From an uncultured Acidimicrobiaceae bacterium (lineage in GTDB: Bacteria > Actinomycetota > Acidimicrobiia > Acidimicrobiales > SZUA-35), in NCBI GenBank assembly GCA_964423455.1, contig CAYRFS010000003.1, positions 1-37,326 on the forward strand: a stretch of DNA of 37,326 nt. Reading direction: 5' to 3'. Under the pieces are notes generated by a model that saw only the letters and a program-made list of their open reading frames with translations, was not told the origin of the DNA and made no database searches. Below, one piece after another: positions 15,221 through 24,832 of this stretch. The position numbers and the translations under genes are program-made. The stretch's first letter is position 1. Each line of letters starts with the position of its first letter.

Positions 15221-17668
15221 TCAGTCCAGGACGCCGGTGGCGGCCAGGTCGGCGATGCGATCGGTGTCGTACCCAAGGATCTCGTTGAGAATCATCCAGT
15301 TGTGCTCGCCCAACGTTGGGCCGGCCCGGTAAACATCGGCTGGCGTGCGGGAGAGGTGGAATCGAGTGCCCTCGACCCAGGTGGTTCCCAGCGAGCCGTG
15401 GTCGACTTGCACCCAGTAGTTGCGATGCCGGAGCTGAGGGTCGTGCCAACACTCGACGGTGTTCTGCACGCGGTGGGCGGGGATCCCGTTGGCCTGCAAC
15501 GTAGCCATGGACTCGTCGGCGCTCCGGGCCGCAGTCCACGCAGCGACGATCTCGTCGAGATCTCGGCGTCGAGCGACTCGATCGTCCTGCGACAGGCTGC
15601 CAAGATCATCTCGTGCCAGCACCGAGCAGAGCGCACGCCACTCGTGGTCAGCTGTAATGGCGACGGCGACCCACTTATCGTCACCGGTCGACGGGTACAC
15701 TCCATGGGGCGCGTATCGGTCATCGTCGTTGCCTCGGCGCTGGTAGGAGCGGCCGATCCGTTGCGTCTCGAGCAGGGCCGGCGTGAGCTGATGCAACGAT
15801 GCCTCGGCTTGAGACAGATCGATGTACTGACCTTTGCCCGTGGTTCGGCGATGATCCAGCCCGGCCATGATGGCAGCGACCAGGAAGCGCGGCGAGATGT
15901 AGTCTGTGTAGGCGCCGAACGGCCCGCTTGGCGAGCGATCGGGCCACCCTGTCACGTTGAAGAACCCAGAGATGGCGGCCGCCATCGTGCCGAAGCCGGC
16001 CAGCCGGCACAGAGGTCCCGTCTGGCCCATGAGGCAGGTCGAAGCCATGATGAGGTCGGGGTTCACCGCCACAAGGTCCTCGTAGGCGAGCCCCCAATGC
16101 GCCATCCGGCCGTGGGCGAATGACTCGACGACGACGTCGGCCCACCGCACGAGATCGAGGATGATCTCTCGCGACGCCGGATTCGACAGGTCGAGGGTGA
16201 GGCCGAGCTTGTTGGCGTTGAGGTTGTGGAACAGCGCTGACTCGTCGGGATGGTTCGAGTTCCTGACGTAGGGCTGCAGCGTGCGGGCACCGTCGAGATG
16301 GTTCGTCGACTCGACGCGAATCACCTGGGCACCGTAGTCGGCCAAGACGCGGGTGGCGGCCGGCCCCGCCATCACCCACATGAGATCGAGGATCTTCACG
16401 TCCTCGAGCGGTTGCCGGGCTGAGCGGGGCGAGGCGAGAGACACCAGCGCGGGTGAGCGAGGAGCTTCCGCCAAGAGCGCTTTAGTGTGCTGCCCCAGAG
16501 ATGGCGTGGATCCGAGGGGGACCAGGGGTGAACCCTCGAACCGTGCGAAACGCCCCGGATAGCGGAAGCCGCCGAGGTCCTCCCAGAAGCCGCGTGCCTC
16601 GAAGTGGTCCAGAGCCAGGACCTCCTCGGTGGTGGTGACCGGGGCAATGAGCACCCGTCTTGAGAACGAGGCGTCGAAGAGTTCAGCTTTGGTTTTCGTG
16701 GCGAAGAAGTCCGCGAGGCACTGTTTGACGCGGATGTACTCGCTGTGGGGTTCGACACCGGTGAAGAGGTTCACGGCGTAGTTCACCCAGTCCTTGTCTC
16801 GTGTGGCCTCGTCGCAGAACCCCTCCTCGTGTACCCAGTCCATGAGATTGCGGGTGAACGGGGCGATGGCCACTCCGAAGAGAAAGGTCACTGATACGTG
16901 ACCGTCGGCGCAGGGCCAAGTGAGCTGGATATGGAACGGGCCCACCTGGCCCCCGTCGGGCAGAGGGATCGGGCCGACCTTCATGCCCCCCGAAACGCGG
17001 TTGCCGTACGTCGACCCGACCGGCTCACAGAGCATCCATGATTGCGATGCTTGCAGCATGGAGGTCTGGGCCGAGCAATCGACATGCTGCCCCAGGCCGG
17101 AGTGGGCCTGGCGCTCGTGGAGAGCGATAAGGGCCGCTCCGACCGACTCGACGCTCGGGTGGAACCAGGCCTGTGGCACGCTCATCCGGAGTGGCGGGCG
17201 GTCTTCGTCACCGGTCATTGCCATCTGACCAGAAGCAGCGGCGATCACGAGGTCGGACACGGCCCAGTCTGCCTTCGGGCCGTCGCTGCCGAACGCCGAG
17301 ATTGAGACATAGATCAGCGCCGGGTTGATCTCGGCCAGCTCCTCGTAGCTCAGGCCCCATTCGGTCATCGCCGCCCAGCCGTGCGTCTCGAACAGGAAAT
17401 CAGCTCCCGCCGCCAACGCTCGGACGGCCGACCGTCCCTGGTCGGTCCCGAGATCGAACGCGGCAGACCTCTTACCCCGGTTGTAGCTGAGCCAGGACAG
17501 GGAAGTGTCGCCTCTAGCCTCATCGTTGAGGTGGGGGCCGATCGCTCGACTGGGGGATCCGGCCGGGGGCTCGACCAGGATCACCTCGGCTCCGAGGCTG
17601 GCCATGAGATGGCCTGCTAGTTGACCTCGCTCGTCGGTGAGGTCCAGAACCCGATATTGACCGAGCAT
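15221..17668 (-). CDS. Tandem two-module family III (CaiB/BaiF) CoA-transferase
   Basis: Two CaiB/BaiF-like halves: YRVLDLTDERGQLAGHLMASLGAEVILVEPP and VKILDLMWVMAGPAATRVLADYGAQVIRVES. I prefer the ATG at 17668 (GAGGAG SD 5 nt upstream) over the GTG at 17674. Confidence 0.85.
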   Translation of the reverse strand: MLGQYRVLDLTDERGQLAGHLMASLGAEVILVEPPAGSPSRAIGPHLNDEARGDTSLSWLSYNRGKRSAAFDLGTDQGRSAVRALAAGADFLFETHGWAAMTEWGLSYEELAEINPALIYVSISAFGSDGPKADWAVSDLVIAAASGQMAMTGDEDRPPLRMSVPQAWFHPSVESVGAALIALHERQAHSGLGQHVDCSAQTSMLQASQSWMLCEPVGSTYGNRVSGGMKVGPIPLPDGGQVGPFHIQLTWPCADGHVSVTFLFGVAIAPFTRNLMDWVHEEGFCDEATRDKDWVNYAVNLFTGVEPHSEYIRVKQCLADFFATKTKAELFDASFSRRVLIAPVTTTEEVLALDHFEARGFWEDLGGFRYPGRFARFEGSPLVPLGSTPSLGQHTKALLAEAPRSPALVSLASPRSARQPLEDVKILDLMWVMAGPAATRVLADYGAQVIRVESTNHLDGARTLQPYVRNSNHPDESALFHNLNANKLGLTLDLSNPASREIILDLVRWADVVVESFAHGRMAHWGLAYEDLVAVNPDLIMASTCLMGQTGPLCRLAGFGTMAAAISGFFNVTGWPDRSPSGPFGAYTDYISPRFLVAAIMAGLDHRRTTGKGQYIDLSQAEASLHQLTPALLETQRIGRSYQRRGNDDDRYAPHGVYPSTGDDKWVAVAITADHEWRALCSVLARDDLGSLSQDDRVARRRDLDEIVAAWTAARSADESMATLQANGIPAHRVQNTVECWHDPQLRHRNYWVQVDHGSLGTTWVEGTRFHLSRTPADVYRAGPTLGEHNWMILNEILGYDTDRIADLAATGVLD

Positions 17669-17827
17669 TTGCACTCCTCTGCGCCAAACCAGTTCGGTGA
17701 GCTTCAGGCCCAGGTCACGTTTAGCACATGTGGGCCGAACTGTCTCATCCAGCGAGGACTTTGATGCTGGCCGTCTCGATGGCTCGGCACCAGCCGGTTC
17801 AACCTGGCTCGATGAACCCGACTTGGG

Positions 17828-18310
17828 TCAGAGCACGAACGTGAGGTTCTGGTAGTAGCGGCCGTAGTCGACCAGCGTTATCCGCTTCTCCACGATCTGC
17901 AGTCTGCCGTCGGCCACCCGGAGCCGCCAGGCGACCCGGGTGGGAACAGCCTGGAGGCCGGTGCTCGGCCTGCATTCGTAGACGACCTGGACCGCCGCCA
18001 CCGCGATCATGCCGCCGTCCGGCTCGATGCCGATCGAGATGTTCGAGAGTTGGTGGCAGGTGACCGACGGCGGATCTTGGGCGTACTCCTTCCCCGAGGT
18101 CAGGCGCGCCAGCCGCGACTCGAGACGGGGCCGGTCGTCGTAGACGATGGACACCTCTCGGCTGGGATCCCGTTCGCCGGGGCCAGCGGGGATCCAATAG
18201 CAGCAGTCGGCTGCGTACAGGGCGAGCCAACCGGCCAGATCGCCGTCGTCGAGGAGGGCTGCCTCTCTGATGACGAAATCGACGATCGACTGACGATCGA
18301 GTTCGATCAT
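17828..18310 (-). CDS. Aromatic ring-hydroxylating oxygenase beta subunit (NTF2-like)
   Basis: The ATG at 18310 overlaps the alpha-subunit stop (ATGA). ALLDDGDLAGWLALYAADCCYWIP...IVYDDRPRLESRLARL...PPSVTCHQLSNISI is typical of Ring_hydroxyl_B. The upstream 42 codons of the track ORF overlap the alpha gene. Confidence 0.85.
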   Translation of the reverse strand: MIELDRQSIVDFVIREAALLDDGDLAGWLALYAADCCYWIPAGPGERDPSREVSIVYDDRPRLESRLARLTSGKEYAQDPPSVTCHQLSNISIGIEPDGGMIAVAAVQVVYECRPSTGLQAVPTRVAWRLRVADGRLQIVEKRITLVDYGRYYQNLTFVL

Positions 18311-19593
18311 GCTGTCATCTCCTCCCGCCATCGTCGGTAGAAGCCCCGTTGCGGATGCTCGTCGGTGACCTGGCCGACCAGCTCTCCGTTGGGTCCTTGC
18401 GTCGTGCGACGCAGGCCGCGCACCATCGGCAGCCATTCCATCGACTCAACCCGCAGACCTTCCGACACGCGCCGGAACATTTCTAGATCGCCGGGAGCAC
18501 CGCCCCCCGCCGGCCCGTAGAAACTCTCGTGGGCCCGCAGCCGTTGCTCGTTGGTTCCACGGTCGGCACCGTCGAGAAGCGTCGGGTAGAGATCTATCTC
18601 GGTGAGATCGACCCGCCTGGGATGGACTACTCGGATCTGGTACTGGATGATCAGCATGTTCGGGAAGACGAGCAGGTTGAAGCCCTGCCCGCCGTTGGTG
18701 CGGACCACCTCACGGGCCCGCTCCGGACCCAAGCGCTCTACGAGAAGAGACAGGTGGCGCCGACCCTCGTCGGTCGCTTCGAACGACCGCTCGTGGCGAT
18801 CAGCGAGGTTGGGGCGATTGTCCAACAGCGCATGGCCGTTTCCCAGGTCGGCAGCCGTGGCCGGTGACGCCCCGTTGAAGAGCTGCATTGCCCGCCCGCT
18901 CGGGCTCGCTCCTTCCAGGTAGGCTTGGTGGACGAAGTTCGGGTGGTAGCCGTCGACTCCGTTCTCGCACTGCAGCTTCCAGTTCCCCTCGTAGCCGTAG
19001 TGATTGGTACCGGGCGTACCCACGAGGATACGCCCTGACGGTGCAAGGTCGCAGAACAGGTCGAGGTAATGGGCAGCGTTGCCAAGATGCTTGCGTAGCG
19101 ACGGTCCGCGGCGAGCCAGGCTGGCGAACACGAAGCCGCGATGGGAATCGACTCGGGCTGGCCGGCCGAGCGGATGGTCGGCGCCGTCGAAGTCCTCGGC
19201 TGCGTACCCGTCGGAGAACGTGGCGCCGATCAGCGATCCGTCGAGCCGGAAGGTCCAACCGTGGTAGGCGCAACGGAGATGACCGGCCACCCCACAGCGG
19301 TCCTGGCAGATGGTGGCCGCTCGATGGCTGCAGCGGTTGAACAGCACATGCAGCGCCCCGGCAGTGTCTCGGGTGAGGATGACCGGCTGCCGCCCGATCC
19401 AGCTCGTCTTGAAAGAGCCCGGCGAGGCAACCTCACTCTCGTGTCCGACGTACACCCACGTGCTGCCGAAGATGCTCGTCATCTCCCGCTCGAAAATCTC
19501 GGGGTCCACATAAACCCGTCGATGAACGCCTCGTTCGGTAACCAGTGGCGCGATTGTCGCCCGATGATCGTCCTGGTCGGTTGTGGTTGGCAC
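18307..19593 (-). CDS. Rieske [2Fe-2S] non-heme iron oxygenase alpha subunit
   Basis: Rieske motif CSHRAATICQDRCGVAGHLRCAYHGW (CxH-x17-CxxH). Mononuclear-iron motif NGVDGYHPNFVH. GTG start. Confidence 0.9.
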   Translation of the reverse strand: MPTTTDQDDHRATIAPLVTERGVHRRVYVDPEIFEREMTSIFGSTWVYVGHESEVASPGSFKTSWIGRQPVILTRDTAGALHVLFNRCSHRAATICQDRCGVAGHLRCAYHGWTFRLDGSLIGATFSDGYAAEDFDGADHPLGRPARVDSHRGFVFASLARRGPSLRKHLGNAAHYLDLFCDLAPSGRILVGTPGTNHYGYEGNWKLQCENGVDGYHPNFVHQAYLEGASPSGRAMQLFNGASPATAADLGNGHALLDNRPNLADRHERSFEATDEGRRHLSLLVERLGPERAREVVRTNGGQGFNLLVFPNMLIIQYQIRVVHPRRVDLTEIDLYPTLLDGADRGTNEQRLRAHESFYGPAGGGAPGDLEMFRRVSEGLRVESMEWLPMVRGLRRTTQGPNGELVGQVTDEHPQRGFYRRWREEMTA

Positions 19594-19713
19594 AGCGGGT
19601 ACCCCCGGGGTGTCGTACTAGATGCCCATCTTGTCATGCCGCGTGCCCTGCCGCCCACCGGAGACGACAAAACCCGTAAGTTGTCGTATGGGGAAACGTG
19701 ATTGCGTGCTGGC

Positions 19714-22236
19714 TCAGATCGGCGATCCGTCGGGGTTGAGGTAGTCGGTGGCGATGTGCCCGTCGGTGACTAGCTCTCGGTACTCGTGGTCGTCGAGGCC
19801 GAGCACCTGGCGGTAGACGTAGTCGTTGTCGGCGCCGAGGCGCAGGATGGGGTCCCAGCGAAGGTCGGGCCCGGTCCAATGCCAGAGGTGGCCGGGATAG
19901 TCGTGCGTTCCGGCATCGGTGGAGCCATTCGGGCGGAAGAAGCCACGAGCCCGCAGATGAGGATCGGCGAAGCAGGCCGACTCCTTCAACACCGGGCCCG
20001 ACGGCACTCCGTCGGCCTGGCAGGCGGCGAACACCTCGGTGGGGGTGCGGCTCGCTGTCCACTCGCCGATGCGGCGGTCGATCTCGTCGTGGTGGTCTCG
20101 CCGGCCCTCGGAAGTGGCGAGCTCAGGAGCGCTGGCCCACTCGGGTGAATCCATGACGCGCACCAGCCCCGACCACTCTTGGTCGGAGCCCACGCTGATC
20201 ACCACCCACTGGTCGTCGCCGGCGCACCGGTAACATCCCTGCGGCGCCCGCAGCGGGTGCCGGTTGCCGCCTTGGGGGAAGTCGCAGCGTGAACGGTGAC
20301 CTTCGATGAGGTACTCGCCGATGTGCTGGAGCATGTTCTCGGCCTGAGGTAACTCGATCAGGCCGCCCTCTCCGGTGTGTTCCCTGCGCCGGAGAGCGAG
20401 CATCACCGCCAAGGCACCCATGACCCCGCTGGCCGGGTCCATGTGGTAGGTGCTTGTGGTGCTCGTCGGGTCGGCGTCGCCGTAGCCCCGGATGGCGGTG
20501 AGCCCGGACAGTGCCTCGAAATGGGCCCCAAACCCCACATAGTTCCGGTACGGTCCATCGAGGCCGAGCGGCGGCATCCGGAGCATCACGAGCGCGGGGT
20601 TGTGCCGTTCCAGCTCCTCCCAGCCCAGCCCGAGCTTGTGCATCGTCTCCGCCGCGTTGTTCTCGACCACCACGTCGGCCGCGGCCACGGCCCGCAGGAA
20701 GGTGGCCCGCCCGAGCGGTCTCGACAGGTCGAGTGTCGCGCCAAGCTTGTTGCGGGCGTGTGCGTTGAACATGGCGTGGCGGTTCCAGGGCCGGTCGCCA
20801 GGGTCGAGGTCTGGGAAGCACGAGCCCAGGAGCCCGAGGGCGCCCATCATCTCGCGAGGCGGGCGCGGCATCAGTCCCCGGGTGGACGATGGGAACAGCC
20901 ACGGGTTGTCGAAACGGATGACCTCAGCCCCGAGGTCGGCCAGGAGCATGGTGCACAGGGGCCCTGCCCACACGACGGTGAGGTCGAGCACCCGGATCCC
21001 GTCGAGCGGAAGGCGGGACTGAGGGGGCGCCGTTCGCTGCCTCGGCCCCGGCCTCGGCCCCGGGGCCGGGACCGAGGCGACAGCGTCAGCTTGCGCCCGG
21101 ATCTCGGCGCCGTGCTGGTCGAGCATGGGGGCCGGCCGACGGAGCGACCAGCCGTCGGGCATCCGTACCGGAGCGCCGGGTTGGCGCACGGTGCCCGCGA
21201 CGGGGTGATCGATGTCGACGAAGAAGCCTCGGCTGGCGAAGTGCCGATCGTCTACGACCTCTCGTGGCTGGTTGACCGGGGTGATCGCCCACCGCTGCGC
21301 CTGGGCCGCCTCGGTGACCTCCTGGCGGGACCGTGCCAGGAGCCAGGGGAAGAGCACCTCGTCGCTCCGTTCGGGCACGGTCGGATCGAGGATCCAGGTC
21401 GGCGAGCTATAGACCTCGGCGAGCGCAGGGTCGCCGACGGCGGCCAGCATTCGCGGTACCCACGCCGGAATCGTGATGATCTGGGCGTAGCCGTCGCCCG
21501 TCGGGTAGATGCCGACCGGCGCTGGCGACAGGCGGCTCGTGCCTTCTCTCTGTGCGTCTCGCCCGGTGTAGGCGTAGTTCAACAGGAAGGTCGTCCGGCG
21601 GTCGATGCTGGCAGCCTGCGACTCGAATTGGGACAGATCGAGGTGGATGGCCTCGTGGCCTGCCTCGACTGTCAGGAGGGCGGCCACGGTGGCCATGGCG
21701 GCCAGGTTGCCGCACTGGTACTGGACGATGTTGCCCCCGAGCTTGACCGGCTCCCGTTCTTCGACGCCGGTGCCCGACATGGCACCGCCCATTGCGTAGT
21801 ACACGATCTCCTCACCCTGGAACTGGGCGTAGGGACCCGTCTGCCCGAACGGTGTGATGCTGGTGAGGACCAGGTTCGGGTTCAGCTTCCTCAGGTCCTC
21901 GAATCCGAGGCCCCAGCCCTCGAGCGTGCCGGGAGCGAACGCCTCCAGCACGATGTCGGCGCCGGAGATCAGGCAGCGGACGAGGTCTCGATCGGCCTCG
22001 GAGCGGGCTAGGTCGGCCACGATCGAGCGCTTGTTGGTGTTGAGATGGAGGTGGAGCGGCCCGAGCTCCGGTCCCGGCAGCTCGGAGGTGGGTGCCCACT
22101 GCCGGGCCGGATCTCCACCCGGGGGCTCGACCTTGATCACGTCGGCACCGAAGCCGGCCAGGATCCGCCCCGCATAGGGCCCGGATATACCGGTTGTCAG
22201 CTCGATCACCCGGATGCTGTCGAGTGCCTGGGTCAC
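19714..22236 (-). CDS. Tandem two-module family III (CaiB/BaiF) CoA-transferase, paralog of 15221..17668
   Basis: Halves begin IRVIELTTGISGPYAGRILAGFGADVIKVEPP and IRVLDLTVVWAGPLCTMLLADLGAEVIRFDNP. I prefer the GTG at 22236, preceded by GGGAGGGAGAGG. The track start ATG at 22296 is the alternative. Confidence 0.85.
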   Translation of the reverse strand: MTQALDSIRVIELTTGISGPYAGRILAGFGADVIKVEPPGGDPARQWAPTSELPGPELGPLHLHLNTNKRSIVADLARSEADRDLVRCLISGADIVLEAFAPGTLEGWGLGFEDLRKLNPNLVLTSITPFGQTGPYAQFQGEEIVYYAMGGAMSGTGVEEREPVKLGGNIVQYQCGNLAAMATVAALLTVEAGHEAIHLDLSQFESQAASIDRRTTFLLNYAYTGRDAQREGTSRLSPAPVGIYPTGDGYAQIITIPAWVPRMLAAVGDPALAEVYSSPTWILDPTVPERSDEVLFPWLLARSRQEVTEAAQAQRWAITPVNQPREVVDDRHFASRGFFVDIDHPVAGTVRQPGAPVRMPDGWSLRRPAPMLDQHGAEIRAQADAVASVPAPGPRPGPRQRTAPPQSRLPLDGIRVLDLTVVWAGPLCTMLLADLGAEVIRFDNPWLFPSSTRGLMPRPPREMMGALGLLGSCFPDLDPGDRPWNRHAMFNAHARNKLGATLDLSRPLGRATFLRAVAAADVVVENNAAETMHKLGLGWEELERHNPALVMLRMPPLGLDGPYRNYVGFGAHFEALSGLTAIRGYGDADPTSTTSTYHMDPASGVMGALAVMLALRRREHTGEGGLIELPQAENMLQHIGEYLIEGHRSRCDFPQGGNRHPLRAPQGCYRCAGDDQWVVISVGSDQEWSGLVRVMDSPEWASAPELATSEGRRDHHDEIDRRIGEWTASRTPTEVFAACQADGVPSGPVLKESACFADPHLRARGFFRPNGSTDAGTHDYPGHLWHWTGPDLRWDPILRLGADNDYVYRQVLGLDDHEYRELVTDGHIATDYLNPDGSPI

Positions 22237-22321
22237 AGCCTCTCCCTCCCTGTTCTTGCTGGCCTTGTCTGCTCGTTGTTCGATCCGCCGGGACATCCAA
22301 TGGCTGTTCGAACCGGTTTAG

Positions 22322-24832
22322 TTAGTGGATCGGAGGTGCGTCGTAGCTCCGGATCTGCCGGTCCGCGGTCGCGGACTCGATTGCCAGGGCCCCGGACGCT
22401 GTTCCGTGCGCTGGCCTGTATGCATCGGCTTGACCAAGGAAATCCCTGAGCTGGTCCAGAGCGGAGGCGGTCCGCTCCTGTGCCGCTCGTAGGATCTCGA
22501 AGGTGACCGGATCGAGCGCGCCGGCCTCGGGCTCGGGCCCGGCCGTCAGCAGGCCATCGGCTAACCCCGAAGCCAGCTTGTCGCCTTCGGCGATCGCGGT
22601 GCCGTATCGGGCCCAGTCGGGCCTGTCCGCCGCGCTCGGCTGGCCCGCAACGGCGCGGTCCTCGCCCAGCCGGGCCAGCAACACAATGTCGGCGGCCTGC
22701 AACTCATCGACTGCTCGAACCAATGAGTCGGAGACAACCTGGTCGGGCGTGCTGTCGGCCCAAGCCCGAATGGCTTGGCGGCGGGCGAGCTCTAGTGCGA
22801 CCCACGTGGCGATCGCGTGGCCGGCGGCGGGGGCGTCCCCGTGGTCTGCCACACCGGGGGCCGGCTGGCCGACGTGGCTGGCCAGCTCTATACCGGCCCG
22901 CTGGCGGTGACGGTGGAGGAGGGCCGCGGTGACGGGGTCTGGGCGATGACCCGCCAGCTCCTGGCTGATGTCTGCCAGCCGATGCAGGTAGGTCTGCACC
23001 AGCTCGGCTGTCGTGGCGCAGGCGAGGCCGGGCGCCGACAGGCTCGACGGATGGTCGACCTCTCCGAGGCGAGCCACAAGCGGGTCGAGGCGCCGGGTCG
23101 CCTCGGCTGCGGCCCGCTCGAGAGCGCTGGACTTCTCCGGGGTGGCGCGCAGGGCCGCTCTCAGCGCGACCTCGAGGCCTGCCACCTGGCGGAGCAAGTC
23201 AAGGTACGGGGGGCGAATCCTAATCGGCTGCGTTGCGGGGGGGATCTGCACTGCGAGCGGTTCAAGCGCAGGTCCGCCAGGACCGGCGGACGCCGCGAAC
23301 ATCGCTGCATGATCGCGAAGCGGCAGCTCCCGCAACAGGAAGGAGACGAGCAGGGCCAGCAGCGCCATCGGCAAGGCGACGAGGAACACCAGCGCGATCG
23401 AGTCGGCGAGGGCGCTGGTCACCTGTTCCCGAAGGGCGACAGGCAGTCCGGCAATGATCGTTGGGCTGTTGGCGAGCGAGTCGGCGTTGACCCCAGGGGG
23501 GAGCTCGGCTCCGGCGGCCACGCCGGCCAGCCGGTCGGCGAGGCGGGCGGCGAACGCTCCGCCGAACATGGCGATCCCGAAGCTCCCGCCGAGTGACCGT
23601 ACGAATTGGACGGCGCTCGTGGCGCTACCCAGGTCTGCCATGTCGACGGCGTTCTGGGTGGCGGTGGTGAACACCGGCATGGCGGCGCCGAGGGCGAGGC
23701 CCTGGACGACCATGGCGAGGCTGATCGTGAGTTGTGAGGTGTCAGCACCGATCGTAGACAGGAACGCCAGGTTCGCCGAGAGCAGGGCGAAGCCGACGAC
23801 GACCCAGATCTTGTAGCGTCCGGTCACGGTGGTGACGCGGCCGGTCACCACTGAGCCGACTGAGACGCCGAGCATCATCGGGGAGATGAGCAGTCCCGAA
23901 TTGGTGGCCGACACCCCGGTGACGCCCTGGAGGTAGACGGGTAGGAACACGGTGCCGGCATACAGGGCGCTGCCGCCCAGGAAGCTGAGGGTCAGGGTGA
24001 CCCTCACCACCGGGTTGGCGAAGAGCCGCAACGGCAGGATCGGCTCCGAGGCCCGCCGCTCCCACAGGACGAAGGCAACGGTCAACACGAGCCCTGAAGC
24101 CCCAAGACTGAGGATCTGGGGGGACCCCCAAGCGTAGTCGTTCCCTCCCCAAGTGGTCACGAGCGTGACGGCCACGACGGCGCCGACCAACAAGACCGCG
24201 CCGAAGAAGTCGACTCGCGCGGCCCTCCGGCGTTGCTCTATCTTCAGGGTGAAGGCCGTCACCAGCAACGCGATCACACCCAGCGGGAGGTTGATGTAGA
24301 AGATCCAACGCCAGCTCACGTGGTCGACGAAGAACCCGCCGGCCAGCGGCCCAATGATGCCGGCACCGGCAAAGACCGCGGTGAAATAGCCGAGGTAGCG
24401 GCCCCGTTGCCGCGGTGGCACGATGTCACCGAGAATGGCGAAGATCACGGCGAACAGGCCACCACCACCCACCCCCTGCAGGGCCCGGAAGGCGATCAGC
24501 TGGTTCATCGTCTGAGCCGCCCCGCAGACGACCGACCCGACGATGAACACGATGATGGTGGCTTGGAACATCAGCTTCCGGCCGAAGAGGTCGCTCAGCT
24601 TGCCCCATAGGGGCGTGGCGGCGGTGCTGCTCAGCAGGTAGGCGACGATGACCCACGACAACTGATCGACGCCGCCGAGATCGCCCACGATCGACGGCAG
24701 GGCGGTAGCCACGATCGTGGTGTCGATGGCAGCCAGGAACAGCCCGGTCATGAGGGCGGCCAGGACGGTCATGGTCTGGCGGTGAGTGAGGAGGGGTGCT
24801 GGCGGATTGTGCGCCGGCGCAGTGGCGGTCAT
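22322..24832 (-). CDS. MFS transporter (DHA2/EmrB-QacA-like, 14-TMS type) with about 330-aa C-terminal soluble extension
   Basis: LAAIDTTIVATALPSIVGDLGG...WGKLSDLFGRK motifs. The hydrophobic core spans about 500 aa, followed by a long helical Ala/Arg/Leu-rich tail in the same ORF. The ATG overlaps the MmpL stop (ATGA, 24829-24832). Confidence 0.88.
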   Translation of the reverse strand: MTATAPAHNPPAPLLTHRQTMTVLAALMTGLFLAAIDTTIVATALPSIVGDLGGVDQLSWVIVAYLLSSTAATPLWGKLSDLFGRKLMFQATIIVFIVGSVVCGAAQTMNQLIAFRALQGVGGGGLFAVIFAILGDIVPPRQRGRYLGYFTAVFAGAGIIGPLAGGFFVDHVSWRWIFYINLPLGVIALLVTAFTLKIEQRRRAARVDFFGAVLLVGAVVAVTLVTTWGGNDYAWGSPQILSLGASGLVLTVAFVLWERRASEPILPLRLFANPVVRVTLTLSFLGGSALYAGTVFLPVYLQGVTGVSATNSGLLISPMMLGVSVGSVVTGRVTTVTGRYKIWVVVGFALLSANLAFLSTIGADTSQLTISLAMVVQGLALGAAMPVFTTATQNAVDMADLGSATSAVQFVRSLGGSFGIAMFGGAFAARLADRLAGVAAGAELPPGVNADSLANSPTIIAGLPVALREQVTSALADSIALVFLVALPMALLALLVSFLLRELPLRDHAAMFAASAGPGGPALEPLAVQIPPATQPIRIRPPYLDLLRQVAGLEVALRAALRATPEKSSALERAAAEATRRLDPLVARLGEVDHPSSLSAPGLACATTAELVQTYLHRLADISQELAGHRPDPVTAALLHRHRQRAGIELASHVGQPAPGVADHGDAPAAGHAIATWVALELARRQAIRAWADSTPDQVVSDSLVRAVDELQAADIVLLARLGEDRAVAGQPSAADRPDWARYGTAIAEGDKLASGLADGLLTAGPEPEAGALDPVTFEILRAAQERTASALDQLRDFLGQADAYRPAHGTASGALAIESATADRQIRSYDAPPIH

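Noticed and set aside
15302-16123. 273-aa plus-strand ORF, and 20377..22011 (544 aa) and 22817..23596 (259 aa) plus-strand ORFs
   Set aside because: They are antisense to the CoA-transferase and MFS genes. No recognisable domains and shadow composition.
22297-22321. GGTTCGAACC / AACCGGTT palindromes resembling a tRNA T-arm
   Set aside because: No flanking cloverleaf (acceptor, D or anticodon arms). It lies in a 25-nt gap between two CDSs. I could not find a tRNA gene anywhere in the window.
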